A stretch of 64,000 nucleotides of DNA, from the NCBI RefSeq assembly GCF_006345805.1, contig NC_043007.1, positions 59,768,001 to 59,832,000 on the forward strand, in the 5' to 3' direction. Below are positions 1 to 12,419 of this stretch, in pieces. Below the pieces are notes generated by a model, which saw only the letters and a program-made list of their open reading frames with translations, was not told the DNA's origin and did not search any database. Within the stretch, counting starts at the first letter, position 1. The number at the start of each line of letters is the position of its first letter. The stretch is from Octopus sinensis. Lineage: Eukaryota. The translations under genes and the position numbers were made by a program.

Positions 1-697
1 ATTACTTAAATTTTCCTCGAATGAGGCTTTTACATGCCGAAGACTACTTGGTGTAATTGATAATTATTCCAAATTAATTAATTTCACCCTTCATTATTAC
101 GGATAACCATATTTTATCTCAGTAGATGACCACAGCATCTTGTTTTGGCTACACGCGGGTGAAGGGCTGGTGACACAATCTTTTCATTCACACATTGAAT
201 TTGGTGATACTAGTTGCGGATTCTAGCTCGCTCTGATACTGAGTTGAGTTGGTGCCTTCTAGTATCTCAAAATTCAATATATAATCATTTATGATTATAG
301 TATTCTACGCTGAAGAGAAAAGAAGTTTTGGTGAGATAGAATTATTTAATATTTAATTCTTATGCTTTCCTAAAAACTTGATTTCGAAACGTACGTCCGT
401 AGATAACTTAAAATTGTATGATAGATTGCCGTCAATTCATTCTCTCTTACCTGTTTGTGTCTGCCTTCCAATTGCTGTTTTTACTGAGATCTCCCTTTTT
501 AGTAGAAGAAATAGCTATACTCTTTGACTGCTATTTCTAAATTCGGTATGTGGTAAGGCAATTCGTTGCTAAACCCTTTATTGCTTAGTATTACTTAAAT
601 TTTCCTCGAATGAGGCTTTTACATGCCGAGACTACTTGGTGTAATTGATAATTATTCCAAATTAATTAATTTCACCCTTCATTATTACGGATAACTA
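1..697 (+). mobile_element. HHR-bearing tandem repeat (PLE pseudo-LTR / non-LTR retrozyme-like), ~589 bp period, cut by window start
   Basis: 1-107 is repeated almost exactly at 590-696. Contains an HHR at 304-403, ends in (TA)n, and has a paralogue at 27692-28094. Confidence 0.8.
304..403 (+). ncRNA. Type I hammerhead ribozyme with extended stem II
   Basis: Stem I tctacg/cgtaga, CUGAAGA core (310-316), stem II gaaa/tttc extended by aagtttt/aaaactt and agaatta/taattct, GAAA (386-389), palindromic stem III acgtacgt, GUC triplet with predicted cut after C397. Confidence 0.85.
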
Positions 698-772
698 TAT
701 AATATATATATATATATAGTGACGTATTTTTGCCATTTCAATATGGCTAACCCCTAAGGGTGGATGCTACTG

Positions 773-805
<33 letters not shown>

Positions 806-1039
806 TTGTGTGTGTGTGTATGTGTGTTGTGTGCGCGCGCGTGTGTGTGTGTGTGTGTGTGTGAGTGTGTGTGTATTAAATAAAATGAGACAGCAACGAT
901 GTGAGATGGCTAAATAGAGGGTAATGTTAGAGTTCAATAAAAGGAGTTATTTTGGAAAAGGAATAAGGAGTATATAGGAAAATAGTAGAATGAATGTAGA
1001 AATAAAAATAAATATGTATAAAGATGTTATAACTTTCAC

Positions 1040-1118
1040 CACACATAGACGCCATGTGCACAGTGCTGTCCTTAGACGTGAGTACACTGGGTAGTTGCCC
1101 GCTGGCCTCACATGTCCA
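1040..1118. repeat. Dispersed GC-richer repeat, copy 1 (copy 2 at ~1948-2025)
   Basis: cacacatagacgccatgtgcacag...gctggcctcacatgtc is matched at 1948-2025. Self-complementary ends. Confidence 0.6.
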
Positions 1119-1158
1119 TGGTCTTCTGGATACCAATACCTCTCTCTCTCTCATATAT

Positions 1159-1194
<36 letters not shown>

Positions 1195-1291
1195 CACTTA
1201 TATAAACATGCACAGATAGACAGTCACAACACACACACACACCAATGCACTAAACATCGCAAACACACGCTTGCTGTAGATCACATTCGTA

Positions 1292-1450
1292 GAAGCGCAT
1301 GGTTTGGTGGTTAGGGCGTTGCAGTCATGATCGAAAGATTGTGGTTTCGATTTCTGTTGCTCCAGTCCATTCAGCTGGCAAAAATGAATTAATTCTGCGA
1401 CAGACCGACGTCCCGTCCAAGAGGTGTAGGACGGAATATATAAGCCACAA
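1292..1450 (+). mobile_element. tRNA-derived SINE (family B), internally deleted
   Basis: A-box-like tggtttggtggtt, B-box-like ggtttcgatttc, then ttgctccagtccattcagctggcaaaaatg shared with other copies. Confidence 0.65.
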
Positions 1451-1711
1451 AATCCGGCAAATTGACTTTATGAGGTCATGGTTCGGGATGGATCTTTGAT
1501 ACTGGATTTCTAAATACCACACACACACACAAACACACAGACACAGACACACACACACACACACACATACACACACACACACACACGTCACACACATGTC
1601 ACCACCATCACCACTACCACCATACTTACCATAAATCACATTCACACACACGCACACATTCCACAAACCACACACACACACATATATATACCATATATCA
1701 CACATATGAAT

Positions 1712-1880
1712 GCCCATGGCTCAGTGATTAGAGTATCGGGTTCACAATCATAAGGTGGTGAGTTCGATTCCTGTGTCGGGCTGCGTGTTGTGTTCTTGAG
1801 CAAGACACTACTTCACGTTGCTCCAGTTCATTCAGCTGTAGAAATGAGTTGTGACGTCACTGGTCCCAAGCTGTATTGGC
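1712..1880 (+). mobile_element. tRNA-derived SINE (family B, CORE-like)
   Basis: tggctcagtgatt A box, gagttcgattcc B box, CORE-like ttgtgttcttgagcaagacact. Confidence 0.75.
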
Positions 1881-2189
1881 CATTGCCCTCCTTTACTAGG
1901 TGCAATACCATGGTCATTCATGAGCGACGGGGGTCTTTGCCCTTTACCACACATAGAGGCCATGTGCACAGGGCTGTCCTTAGACATAAGCACATTGGGC
2001 AGTTGCGCGCTGGCCTCACGTGTCTAGGGGCCCGATTCTGATCTCTATATGCTGTATCTTGTTGTCAATAGTAGTATTTATATACTACAAGGCCCAGTGC
2101 ATTCATTGGCTCTGGGACCTATAGTGCTGTTAAAATGGTCCACACATCTACAGCATATACCACATACACACACAGATCTATATATACAT

Positions 2190-2355
2190 AGGCACTGGCG
2201 TGACTGGATGGTATGAAGTTTGCTTTCCACTCACATGGCTCAGGATTCTGTCCCACTGAGTGACACCTTGGGCAAGTGTTTTCTACTATAGCCTTGAGCC
2301 AACCAACGCTTTGTGAGTGGATTTGGTAGACAGAATCTGAACGCGGCTCCACCCG

Positions 2356-2357
<2 letters not shown>
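2190..2357 (+). mobile_element. tRNA-derived SINE (family C) head
   Basis: ggcgtgactggatggt...tcccactgagtgacaccttgggcaagtgttttctactatagcc. Reverse-strand relatives at 35.9k, 41.2k, 45.1k and 53.1k. Confidence 0.7.
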
Positions 2358-2387
<30 letters not shown>

Positions 2388-2624
2388 TATATAAGTCACA
2401 AAGATATATAGGTTTCACTTTATACGGCCGTTTCAAGTGGCTCTGATATACGGCCGTTTCAAGTGGCTCTGATTAATGAAAAGAAAACACACACACGCAC
2501 ATATTATCTCTCTTACACTCAGCCCTTCCTTCACGTCATTTCGTCATGTTGAACCGCTAATCCTTACAAATTTCTTCTCTCGCTCAGCTTCTTCGTCCTC
2601 TCTCGGTTTGTTTTCCTCTCATCT

Positions 2625-2661
2625 CTTTCTGCCGAACAGCGTAGGTTCGAAACGTCAAAAG
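2625..2661 (+). ncRNA. Degenerate minimal hammerhead motif in short PLE-like repeat (~2400-2730)
   Basis: cttt-CUGCCGA-a-cagc gtag gttc-GAAA-c-GUC-aaaag. Core A6 and stem II are mutated. Same layout as 41470-41504. Confidence 0.4.
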
Positions 2662-2729
2662 TTTTTCCATTCTTCCCGAGCATCAAACTAACACACGTGT
2701 CTTCATCTTTTGTTTTCTGTAAATTTGAA

Positions 2730-2730
<1 letters not shown>

Positions 2731-2795
<65 letters not shown>

Positions 2796-3256
2796 CTGCA
2801 TACAGGCATAGACACTATCTACCATGCACACCACAACTAACCATTCCACTTTTTCTTTCTTTCCTTCTTTTTCTTTTTGTTCCTTTCTTTCTAAATTTCT
2901 TTCTTTATTCATTTAGTCATTTATTAATTCATTCAGTTATTCATTCATTTATTTATTTCGGTTTCCTACAAATAATAAATGTCAAAATGGTTGCATTCAT
3001 TATCTTGTGCAGAAACTCACAACTTAACGACAACAAAAGAATCGTCGTCGTCGTCGTCATCACCACCACCATCCCAACTACAGCCATCGTCGTTGTTGTC
3101 CACGCCGCCGCCATAATCATCGTCGTTGTCATCATCAACGTCGTCATCGTCGTCGCCGCCGTCGTCGTCGTCGTCCTCCTCCTCCTCCTCCTCATCATCA
3201 TCATCATCATCACATCATCATTCGTCGTTGTCATCACCACCACTATTTTCATCATC

Positions 3257-3288
<32 letters not shown>

Positions 3289-3396
3289 CATCATTTGTCG
3301 TCGTCATCACCACCACTATTTTCATCATCATTATCATCATCATGATCATTATCATCATCATCATCATCATTCGTCGTCGTCATCACCACCACTATT

Positions 3397-3449
<53 letters not shown>

Positions 3450-5014
3450 TCGTCGTCGTCATCACCACCACTATTTTCACCATCATCATCATCATGTCAT
3501 CAAAATCATTATCGCCATTGCCGTCAGTTTCATAAAACACCGAAAAACAAAAGCAACAACAGCAACAACAAGGCAAGTTGAAGATCATCGACGACGATGA
3601 CGTGGACAGACACAGCGCTAGCAACAGCGATGACGATGATGACTTCATCATCACCAACAGCAACAACATCAGCAGCAGCAGCAGCAACAACAATGCTAAA
3701 AACAATGACAAACATAACAACTGGAGAAATAATAAAAATCATAGATATAGCAGCTGTGAAAACGATGACGACGACGATCATGAATACCATCACCACCACC
3801 ATCACCACCGCCACCACCACCACCACTACCTCCACCACCTCCACCACCACTAATCAATGCCACCACGACCACGACTACGAGCTTCAACTCCACTGCCTCC
3901 GCCATCTTCGCCACCATCATCACCACCACTGCTACCACCATCATATCACCACTCCCACCACCACCACCACCATCATCTTCACACCACCGTCACCGCCGTC
4001 GCCGCCACCGCCACCACCACCACCACCATCATGACACCACCTCCTAGCAAGATTCCTAATACCGACAATATCTTCGCCACCAGCTTCATCACAACCCCAC
4101 AAAACACATAATGATCTCGTCATCATCATCATCACCATCATCATCGTCGTCGTTATTGTTTCTTCGTCGTTGTCGTCATCACAAGCAACAACAATTTAAA
4201 CAAATCAGCAACAACTACAATAATAAATACTGACAAAAACCAACAAAACCTGTCAAACCCCATCCCACCCAGTATCACTATCACCACCACCACAACTACA
4301 ACCACCGCCACCACACCACCACCACCACCCATGATGAACAACGACAACAACAACAGCAAAACAACCAACATTGTATGAAAAATTAAAATCAAAGCTTTGA
4401 CTTAAACCCAAATTTTTTATCGTCACAAACACACACGCACATACACACACACATTCACACACACGTATACGCATCTTATACAAATATACGTATTCGCCAC
4501 AGAGAATGCATACACACACACACACACACACACACAACACACACACAACACACACACACACCAGCTGCATACAGGCATAGACATATCTACCATGCACACC
4601 ACAACTAACCATTCCACTTTTTCTTTCTTTCCTTCTTTTTCTTTTTGTTCCTTCTTTCTAAATTTCTTTCTTTATTCATTTAGTCATTTATTAATTCATT
4701 CAGTTATTCATTCATTTATTTATTTCGGTTTCCTACAAATAATAAATGTCAAAATGGTTGCATTCATTATCTTGTGCAGAAACTCACAACTTAACGACAA
4801 CAAAAGAATCGTCGTCGTCGTCGTCGTCATCACCACCACCATCCCAACTACAGCCATCGTCGTTGTTGTCCACGCCGCCGCCATAATCATCGTCGTTGTC
4901 ATCATCAACGTCGTCATCGTCGTCGTCGTCGTCCTCCTCCTCCTCCTCCTCATCATCATCATCATCATCACATCATCATTCGTCGTTGTCATCACCACCA
5001 CTATTTTCATCATC

Positions 5015-5046
<32 letters not shown>

Positions 5047-6316
5047 CATCATTTGTCGTCGTCATCACCACCACTATTTTCATCATCATTATCATCATCA
5101 TGATCATTATCATCATCATCATCATCATCATTCGTCGTCGTCATCACCACCACTATTTTCATCATCATTATCATCATGATCATGATCATTATCATCATCA
5201 TCATCATCATCATTCGTCGTCGTCATCACCACCACTATTTTCACCATCATCATCATCATGTCATCAAAATCATTATCGCCATTGCCGTCAGTTTCATAAA
5301 ACACCGAAAAACAAAAGCAACAACAGCAACAACAAGGCAAGTTGAAGATCATCGACGACGATGACGTGGACAGACACAGCGCTAGCAACAGCGATGACGA
5401 TGATGACTTCATCATCACCAACAGCAACAACATCAGCAGCAGCAGCAGCAACAACAATGCTAAAAACAATGACAAACATAACAACTGGAGAAATAATAAA
5501 AATCATAGATATAGCAGCTGTGAAAACGATGACGACGACGATCATGAATACCATCACCACCACCATCACCACCGCCACCACCACCACCACCACCACCACC
5601 ACCACCACCACCACCTCCACCACCACTAATCAATGCCACCACGACCACGACTACGAGCTTCAACTCCACTGCCTCCGCCATCTTCGCCACCATCATCACC
5701 ACCACTGCTACCACCATCATATCACCACTCCCACCACCACCACCACCATCATCTTCACAACCATCACCGCCGTCGCCGCCACCGCCACCACCACCACCAC
5801 CATCATGACACCACCTCCTAGCAAGATTCCTAATACCGACAATATCTTCGCCACCAGCTTCATCACAACCCCACAAAACACATAATGATCTCGTCATCAT
5901 CATCATCACCATCATCATCGTCGTCGTTATTGTTTCTTCGTCGTTGTCGTCATCGTCGCCGTCGTCGTCTTTGTCATCATCACCATCACAAGCAACAACA
6001 ATTTAAACAAATCAGCAACAACTACAATAATAAATACTGACAAAAACCAACAAAACCTGTCAAACCCCATCCCACCCAGTATCACTATCACCACCACCAC
6101 AACTACAACCACCGCCACCACCACCACCACCACCACCCATGATGAACAACGACAACAACAACAGCAAAACAACCAACATTGTATGAAAAATTAAAATCAA
6201 AGCTTTGACTTAAACCCAAATTTTTTATCGTCACAAACACACACGCACATACACACACACATTCACACACACGTATACGCATCTTATACAAATATACGTA
6301 TTCGCCACAGAGAATG

Positions 6317-6380
<64 letters not shown>
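2731..6380. repeat. Tandem duplication of a ~1.77 kb trinucleotide-repeat mosaic, units delimited by (CA)n
   Basis: ~2790-4512 is nearly identical to ~4562-6320, including unique spacers such as gtttcctacaaataataaatgtc and gtattcgccacagagaatgcat. Differences are mainly repeat lengths. Confidence 0.9.
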
Positions 6381-6387
<7 letters not shown>

Positions 6388-6388
6388 G

Positions 6389-6598
6389 TATAGCACGCCG
6401 GGCGAAATTCGTAGCAGTATTTCGTCTGTCGTTACGTTCTGAGTTGAAATTCCGCCGAAGTCGACTTTGCCTTTCATCCTTTCGGGGTCGATAAATTAAG
6501 TACCAGTTACGCACTGGGGTCGATGTAATCGACTTAATCCCTTTGTCTGTCTTTGTTTGTCCCCTCTATGTTTAGCCCGTTGTGAGTAGTAAAGAAAT
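6389..6598 (+). mobile_element. SINE family A (Meta-domain-like core), 5'-truncated
   Basis: gagttgaaattccgccgaagtcgactttgcctttcatcctttcggggtcgataaattaagtaccag. More than 10 copies in the window. Confidence 0.85.
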
Positions 6599-7579
6599 AT
6601 ATATATGTATACATATACGCATTGCCTAGATGCACAGCATACTTATATAAATTACACACACATACACACAGAAACACACAAACACACACTTATACACATA
6701 TGCATGCATACAAACATAACATGTACACAGTACTTTCATAAAATCCAAGCATGCACACACACACACACATCTATATATACACGCACACGCAACAACATAT
6801 ATACCGAACACGTACAAACACGACACACACACACACACACACACCACGCACACATACACAATGCGCCTACAAACACCGTACCCATACATACATACACACG
6901 CACATGCATATATACACAATATACACGCGCAACACACATATATCCATACACCTACAGACACCACACTCATTCTTACATGTATATATGTGTATACACATGA
7001 TGTGCGTGCGTTTGTACTATACGAACACAAACGCGCGCACGAACATGATGATTATCGTCATCTATAGACACAAGCATATTCACATACACAGAACCATAGA
7101 CATCACCGCGCGCGCATAAATACACATATTCACTCACACACGGCATATACACACATTAATTGTGAAAATATTTGTGAACTATTAAAAGTCAACAAGTATT
7201 CGACAGCAATAAAAAAAAAAGAAAAAAAGAGAAGAAAAATATGAAAATAAACAGAGACCTTTAGCCTTGATGCTGACGTCATCATTCACGGTCTGTTGAA
7301 TATTTTCTGTGTGATCCATCATTTGTGTGGATCATTGATCACGATAAATACATTGTTGAAAGCTAAAGACCCGCATAAATCGTAAACGGAAATTTACGCT
7401 TCAATGGTGATGCCAACTGACCATAGGAGCCATTTCCATCCACACATTTCCATATCCTAACTGTCTGAAAGTTCGATTCCACCCACAGATTCTTGAAGCT
7501 GACTCTAAACCATTGTGATTAATATTAACACTTTCGATACTTACTGTAATTGTTTGACCGCCTGGCTGTGCACTTTCAA

Positions 7580-7910
7580 ACGTCTGGCTGTGCACTTTGT
7601 CGGTTACAACGTCGAGTGTTCCATAACAGCGATCGACAGAACAGCCTGCCCGAGATATTAACGTGCAAGTAGCTAAGCATTCCACAAACTCGTAATTCTC
7701 TGAACGTAGCTCTCAGGGTGATTCAGTGTGACACACCGAATGAGTGAAGGTTGACCTATTGAAATTATAGGTGCAATTGTTTTTGCCAGCTGAGTTGACT
7801 GGAGCAACGTTAAATAAAGTGTCTTGCTCAAAGACTTAACGCGCTGCCGGCAATCGAACTCATTACCTTACGCTCGTGAGCTGAATATAGCAACATGTAA
7901 GCCACGCGTC
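7580..7910 (-). mobile_element. SINE family B
   Basis: Reverse complement of 36355-36675 (ggagcaacgttaaataaagtgtcttgctcaaagac). Confidence 0.75.
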
Positions 7911-8099
7911 TTCACTTTCAACCGTCTAGTAACAGACCAAAAGATAGCATTTATGATCTATCCTCACCTATTATATTCACCAGGGTCTTCAAAGTCGCTG
8001 AGATGAAGAGAAGGAGCCTTGCCCAATGGTGATGGGTAATGCCACTAGTAGAAGGGGTATTGCCCATGACCATTGGCGACCAACCAAAACCGGTGACTT

Positions 8100-8575
8100 T
8101 GCTTTCTTTAATATTGCTTTCAAATTTTGGCACAAAGCCAGCAAGTTCAGGTGTGGGGGTTAAGTCAATTACATAGACACCAAAGATCAACTGGTATTTA
8201 CTGTACTGAAGGGTGGTGCGCTGGCAGAATCGTTAGCACGCCGGGCTAAATGCGTAGCCGTATTTCGTCTGCCGTTCCGTTCTGAGTTCAAATCCCGCCG
8301 AGGTCGACTTTGCCTTTCATCCTTTCGGGGTCGATAAATTAAGTACCAGTTATGCATTGGGGTCGATATAATCGACTTAATCAGTTTGTCTGTCCTTGTT
8401 TATCCTCTCTGTGTTTAGCTCCTTGTGGGTAGTAAAGAAATAGGTATTTACTGTATCGATCCCGAAAGGATGAAAGACAAAGTCGACCACGGTAGAATTT
8501 GAACTCAAAATGTAAAGATGGATGAAATGCCACTGAATAATTTGCGCGGCGTGCTTACGATTCTGCCACCTCGGA
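8100..8575. mobile_element. Nested SINE family A: full + copy (8211-8445) inserted into a - strand copy
   Basis: The + copy is flanked by a repeated ggtatttactgta (8193-8205 / 8442-8454). The - copy continues on both sides. Confidence 0.75.
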
Positions 8576-9082
8576 AGGCTATTGATGTCATTAATATTCC
8601 TTTTAAATTGTTACACGTCAGCAACTGAGGACGGTCTTAATGCTCCCGACAGGCTGAACAGAGTCAAAGGTATCCAAAGACCAGGTGAAGGATTAAACTC
8701 AGAAGATATATCAAGTCGACTACCTACGGATTAAAAACAGAGATCAAATAGCACAGGACATTTTCTTTGACTCTCTGGCAATTCCGGTAGTTCAATGTTG
8801 TAGACTAGTACTTTATTTTATCGACCTCCAACCTTCTAGGAGGAAAGGCATAGTTAATCTTGGTGAAAGTTAAATTGAGCAGCGCACATATACCGCAAAG
8901 TATTTCGTCCTCCATCCTAACGATCTTTCCAATTCGTCACACAAATTATTTTAGAAATCTACTAGCATATAATGGAGATATTACACCATGTGATGTGGCA
9001 TTGCAGTCCAGAGAAACAGAAACGTGTTATAAAAGGAGCAAAAAGCTATGAGTCGCACATAGTGGTAAACTAAAATACGCCC

Positions 9083-9154
<72 letters not shown>

Positions 9155-9273
9155 GCTGTGTTTGCCCCCACCACCACCTCCACTACCACCTCTTGACAAC
9201 AAAATACAGACTTACAATAAGGACAGATTCACAAAAATATATAAATACTGTGGCTGATTTGCTTCGGTTAAAC

Positions 9274-9612
9274 CAGTGGTTCTCAATTGGGGTCCACATG
9301 ACCTCTAAGGTCCATTTAAGATTTTTGGGGGTCTACGCAACAAATAATTAAACTGGTGATCTACAATAGTATTTTAAGGGCCTCTCAAAAAAATTTTCCT
9401 TAGATGTATGCATTGGTATGTATTGCAAGAAAAAGCTAGGTTTCTTTCTCGAAAAGCAAAATAGGAACTTTGGAAGAAGTTTCTGTAAAACTAGTTTTTG
9501 AAAATCGAATGGCTATGAGGGTCCACCAGAAAAGAACAGTAGTCAAAATGATCCACCGAAATAAAATAGTAGTCAAATAAGTCCATAGATAAAAAATGAT
9601 TTAGAACCTCTG
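9274..9612. mobile_element. hAT (Charlie/Buster-type) MITE
   Basis: TIRs cagtggttctcaa / ttagaacctctg and an 8-bp TSD ggttaaac (9266-9273) / gtttaaac (9613-9620). Confidence 0.8.
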
Positions 9613-9744
9613 GTTTAAACCCTTCAATGGCCGTAGTCCAATGGTTGAAATAGGTAAAAAATGAAACGTATATTTGATCGATTTTTTTATAGATTTACTT
9701 GGCTAGAGCTGATCCGAGGCTAAACAACATGATTAGGATTAATA

Positions 9745-10170
9745 TCGATTTCAGATTGTTTTGGCTGAAGTCTAGCAAGTTCGGGGAGGAGGTAGGTTGT
9801 TCACATCGACCCCAGTATTCAACTGGTATTTATTTTTATCGATCTCGGAAAGGATAAAAAGCAAAGTCGATCTCTACGGAATTTGAAATCAGAACGTAAG
9901 GACGAACAAAATGCTGCTAAGCATTTTGCCCGACGTGCTTACAATTCTGTCAGTTTACCGCCTTATCAGTGAGATTAATATCAAAGTAGGACAACGGGAA
10001 AAAATGCTTAGCAGCATTTCGCCTGTCTTTACTTTCTGAACGTCAAATTCCATCGAGGTCGATTTTGTCTTTCATCTTTTCGGGGTCAATAAAATAAGTA
10101 CCAGTGGAGCACTGGGGTCGATGTAATGGACCTACACCCACCTGTGCCAAAGTTTGAAACCGATATTAAA
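9745..10170. mobile_element. Two family A SINEs head-to-head (- 9745-9963, + 9990-10170)
   Basis: Both carry the gtcgactttgcctttcatcctttcggggtcgataaa core, in opposite orientations. Confidence 0.75.
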
Positions 10171-10186
10171 GTATTTAAAGGTGGCG

Positions 10187-10530
10187 ATAAGAACCAGAGC
10201 ATGTCTGGATCCTCGGGATGCTTGAATTTGTTCAGCAAGTGCTTCCACCGCATGGTTCTCACATGGTTCGACCACATAGTTCTCACATGGTACCCCGGGT
10301 CTTATTGAACATGAATTGCCTTTTTCTCTCAATGTAGAATTTGCATCTGATGTTTTCGTTCACCACACGTGTTTTCGTTGACCTTGATTGATGAGATGAT
10401 TGGTAATGGCTCTCATTGATTGCCGGGATTCTCGCTGATGATGCCCAGGTCTTGCTCGGTAAATTGTTCTCAAACTGCAGACGCACACTGTATAAATATG
10501 AAAAGTCTCGTAACATCTTTTCCAAAGATT
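10187..10530 (-). pseudogene. Tc1/mariner (maT/DD37D-like) transposase fragment
   Basis: Minus-strand TRVVNENIRCKFYIERKRQFM and KHLLNKFKHPEDPDMLWF resemble the region just before the first catalytic D (WFFSDEK). Confidence 0.6.
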
Positions 10531-10554
10531 ACAAGAATGTTTTATTAAATAAGA

Positions 10555-12419
10555 CTATCAGAGATACCCGGCGTTGCTCGAGTTTAAAACGGCATAATTT
10601 GTATATATATATTATAGTTATGTTGAAACAAGTGATACGGGAAAGTGCAGCATTGTCAACAAAACATTTGTGGAATAAATGATGGTCTAATTCGACTAAG
10701 CGACATGTCATACTCCTGTTAGGAGTATTCCAGGCCCTAACCTGTCATAGGAATTGGAGATGGGGTATCTGATTTTTGAACGCACTGAAAAGCTGTCAGT
10801 GGAAATACTCTCCTTTGCGGCAGTCGGTGCTGCGTCTAACACGAACCATCGTCTAACGTTTTGGCACCTCATTCGGGTTTGTTGTCTTATATCACTCATG
10901 AAATAAATTTGGAGGAAGTGTAGTTTTTCATTTGTGGGTAACAGGGAAGCAATGAGGTGACAGACTTGCCCTTGAACTTTGAACGTTGGCGTAAATCCAT
11001 GTTCAACTATCTCCTTAGATGCACCAAACGATGTTATTTGAAATGCAGAGTTGTATTTTCTGATATTGTTCAGAAAATCCTTTGGATGAAAGTGCCTTCC
11101 AGAAGATCTATAAGAAGTTGAGGAGGAGCTGGTAGTGCTGGCAATCTTATCTTAACGCCTGAGCAACGCATGTCATTAGTTTCATTAGGAAATTTGGGGA
11201 AAGTCTCATCTCCCTTCTATATTGAGACTCCATCTGACATGCTACAGCATGCGTTTGCTGATCTTGTAAAAGTGTCATCTCGCATGTCTTGAGACTCCAT
11301 TTCACGTGCTGCAGCATGTATTTCCTGATCTTAGGAAAGTCTCATCTCCTTTTTGTATTAAGACTCCATCTGACATGCTGCAGCATGCCTTTGCTGATCT
11401 TGAGAAAGTCTCATGTCGCTTCTCTTTTGAGACTGCATTTGATGTGCTGCAGCATGCGTTGCTAATCTTGTGAAAGTCTCATCTCACTTCTCTCCTAAGA
11501 CTCCGTTTGACAAGCTGCAGCATGCATTTGCTGATCTTGAGAAAGTCTCATCTCTTTTGTCTCTTGAAACTCTCACCTTCGGTTTTCTACAATCCACCTC
11601 GCTTTATAATTGTTTCTCAGGAGATTACATCTCTTCTTTGGTGGCATTTTCAATATTGTAAACAAAAAATTATGAATATAGAAAAAAAATTATACATTAA
11701 TCTCTATTTTTGTACGCAGTTGTATGTATGTAGTATAAACAATATTATAGTCTTATTAAAAGTGAAGGAATAAAAGTGAAACAATATTATACCACTGTAA
11801 AAAATCAGAAGGGTTGTATTGGGGGGAAGGGCTACAGCCTCCTATATGGGCAAGGGCTAAAATTTAACTCGCCTTAGAACCTTCCCCGAGTTTTGAAAAA
11901 CCTTCTTTCCAAATTTGGTATTATATCGCTGAAAAAAATCAGAAGGGTCTATGGTGGTAGAGGGCTACAGCCCCTGTATGGGCAAGGGCCAAAATTTGAC
12001 CCCCATATAACCCTCTCCGAATAATGAAAACCTTCATGACAAATTTGGTACAGATTAAACACACACACAGAGTAAATTTTATAATATATACGGGCCAAAA
12101 TTTGTTTAAAGGTGAAACAATACTATACCAGTGAAAAAAAAAATCGGAAGTCAAAAGTGAAACAATTAGTGAAAAAATAAAAGTGAAACAATATTCTAGT
12201 GTTGTCATAAGTGAGAGAATAAAACCGTTGAAAAAATAAGAATGGTCGTATAGGGGAAGATACAGCCCCCTATATGGGCAAGTGCCAAAATTTGTCTCTC
12301 CTAGAACCTTCCCCGAGTAATGAAAAACCTTCATGCCAAATTTGGTATAGATTGACCCAGTGGTTTGGCTGTCCATAGAGGAAACACACAAACACACATA
12401 CACAGACATAGATATAGAT
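10555..12419 (-). mobile_element. Internally deleted Helitron
   Basis: Minus-strand 3' hairpin cgagcaacgccggg near a degenerate CTAG at 10555. The 5' end resembles the element at 41688-42058. Contains a RepHel fragment and subterminal ~135 bp repeats (11790-12350). Confidence 0.75.
10850..11580 (-). pseudogene. Helitron RepHel N-terminal fragment with ~69 bp (23-codon) tandem repeats at 11200-11580
   Basis: ETNDMRCSGVKIRLPALPAPP, then after a frameshift FLNNIRKYNSAFQITSFG...FTPTFKVQGQVCHLIASLLP...FLQIYFM. The repeats encode RLSQDQQxHAAA-like units. Confidence 0.8.

Noticed and set aside
2953-6172. Many overlapping 60-195 aa poly-His/Ser/Ile/Met ORFs
   Set aside because: They are open in most frames simply because CAT/CAC repeats lack stops. 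No domain or splice evidence.
11200-11580. ~69-bp periodic array resembling CRISPR
   Set aside because: Whole units are homologous with no unique spacers. They are coding repeats of the Helitron protein in a eukaryote.
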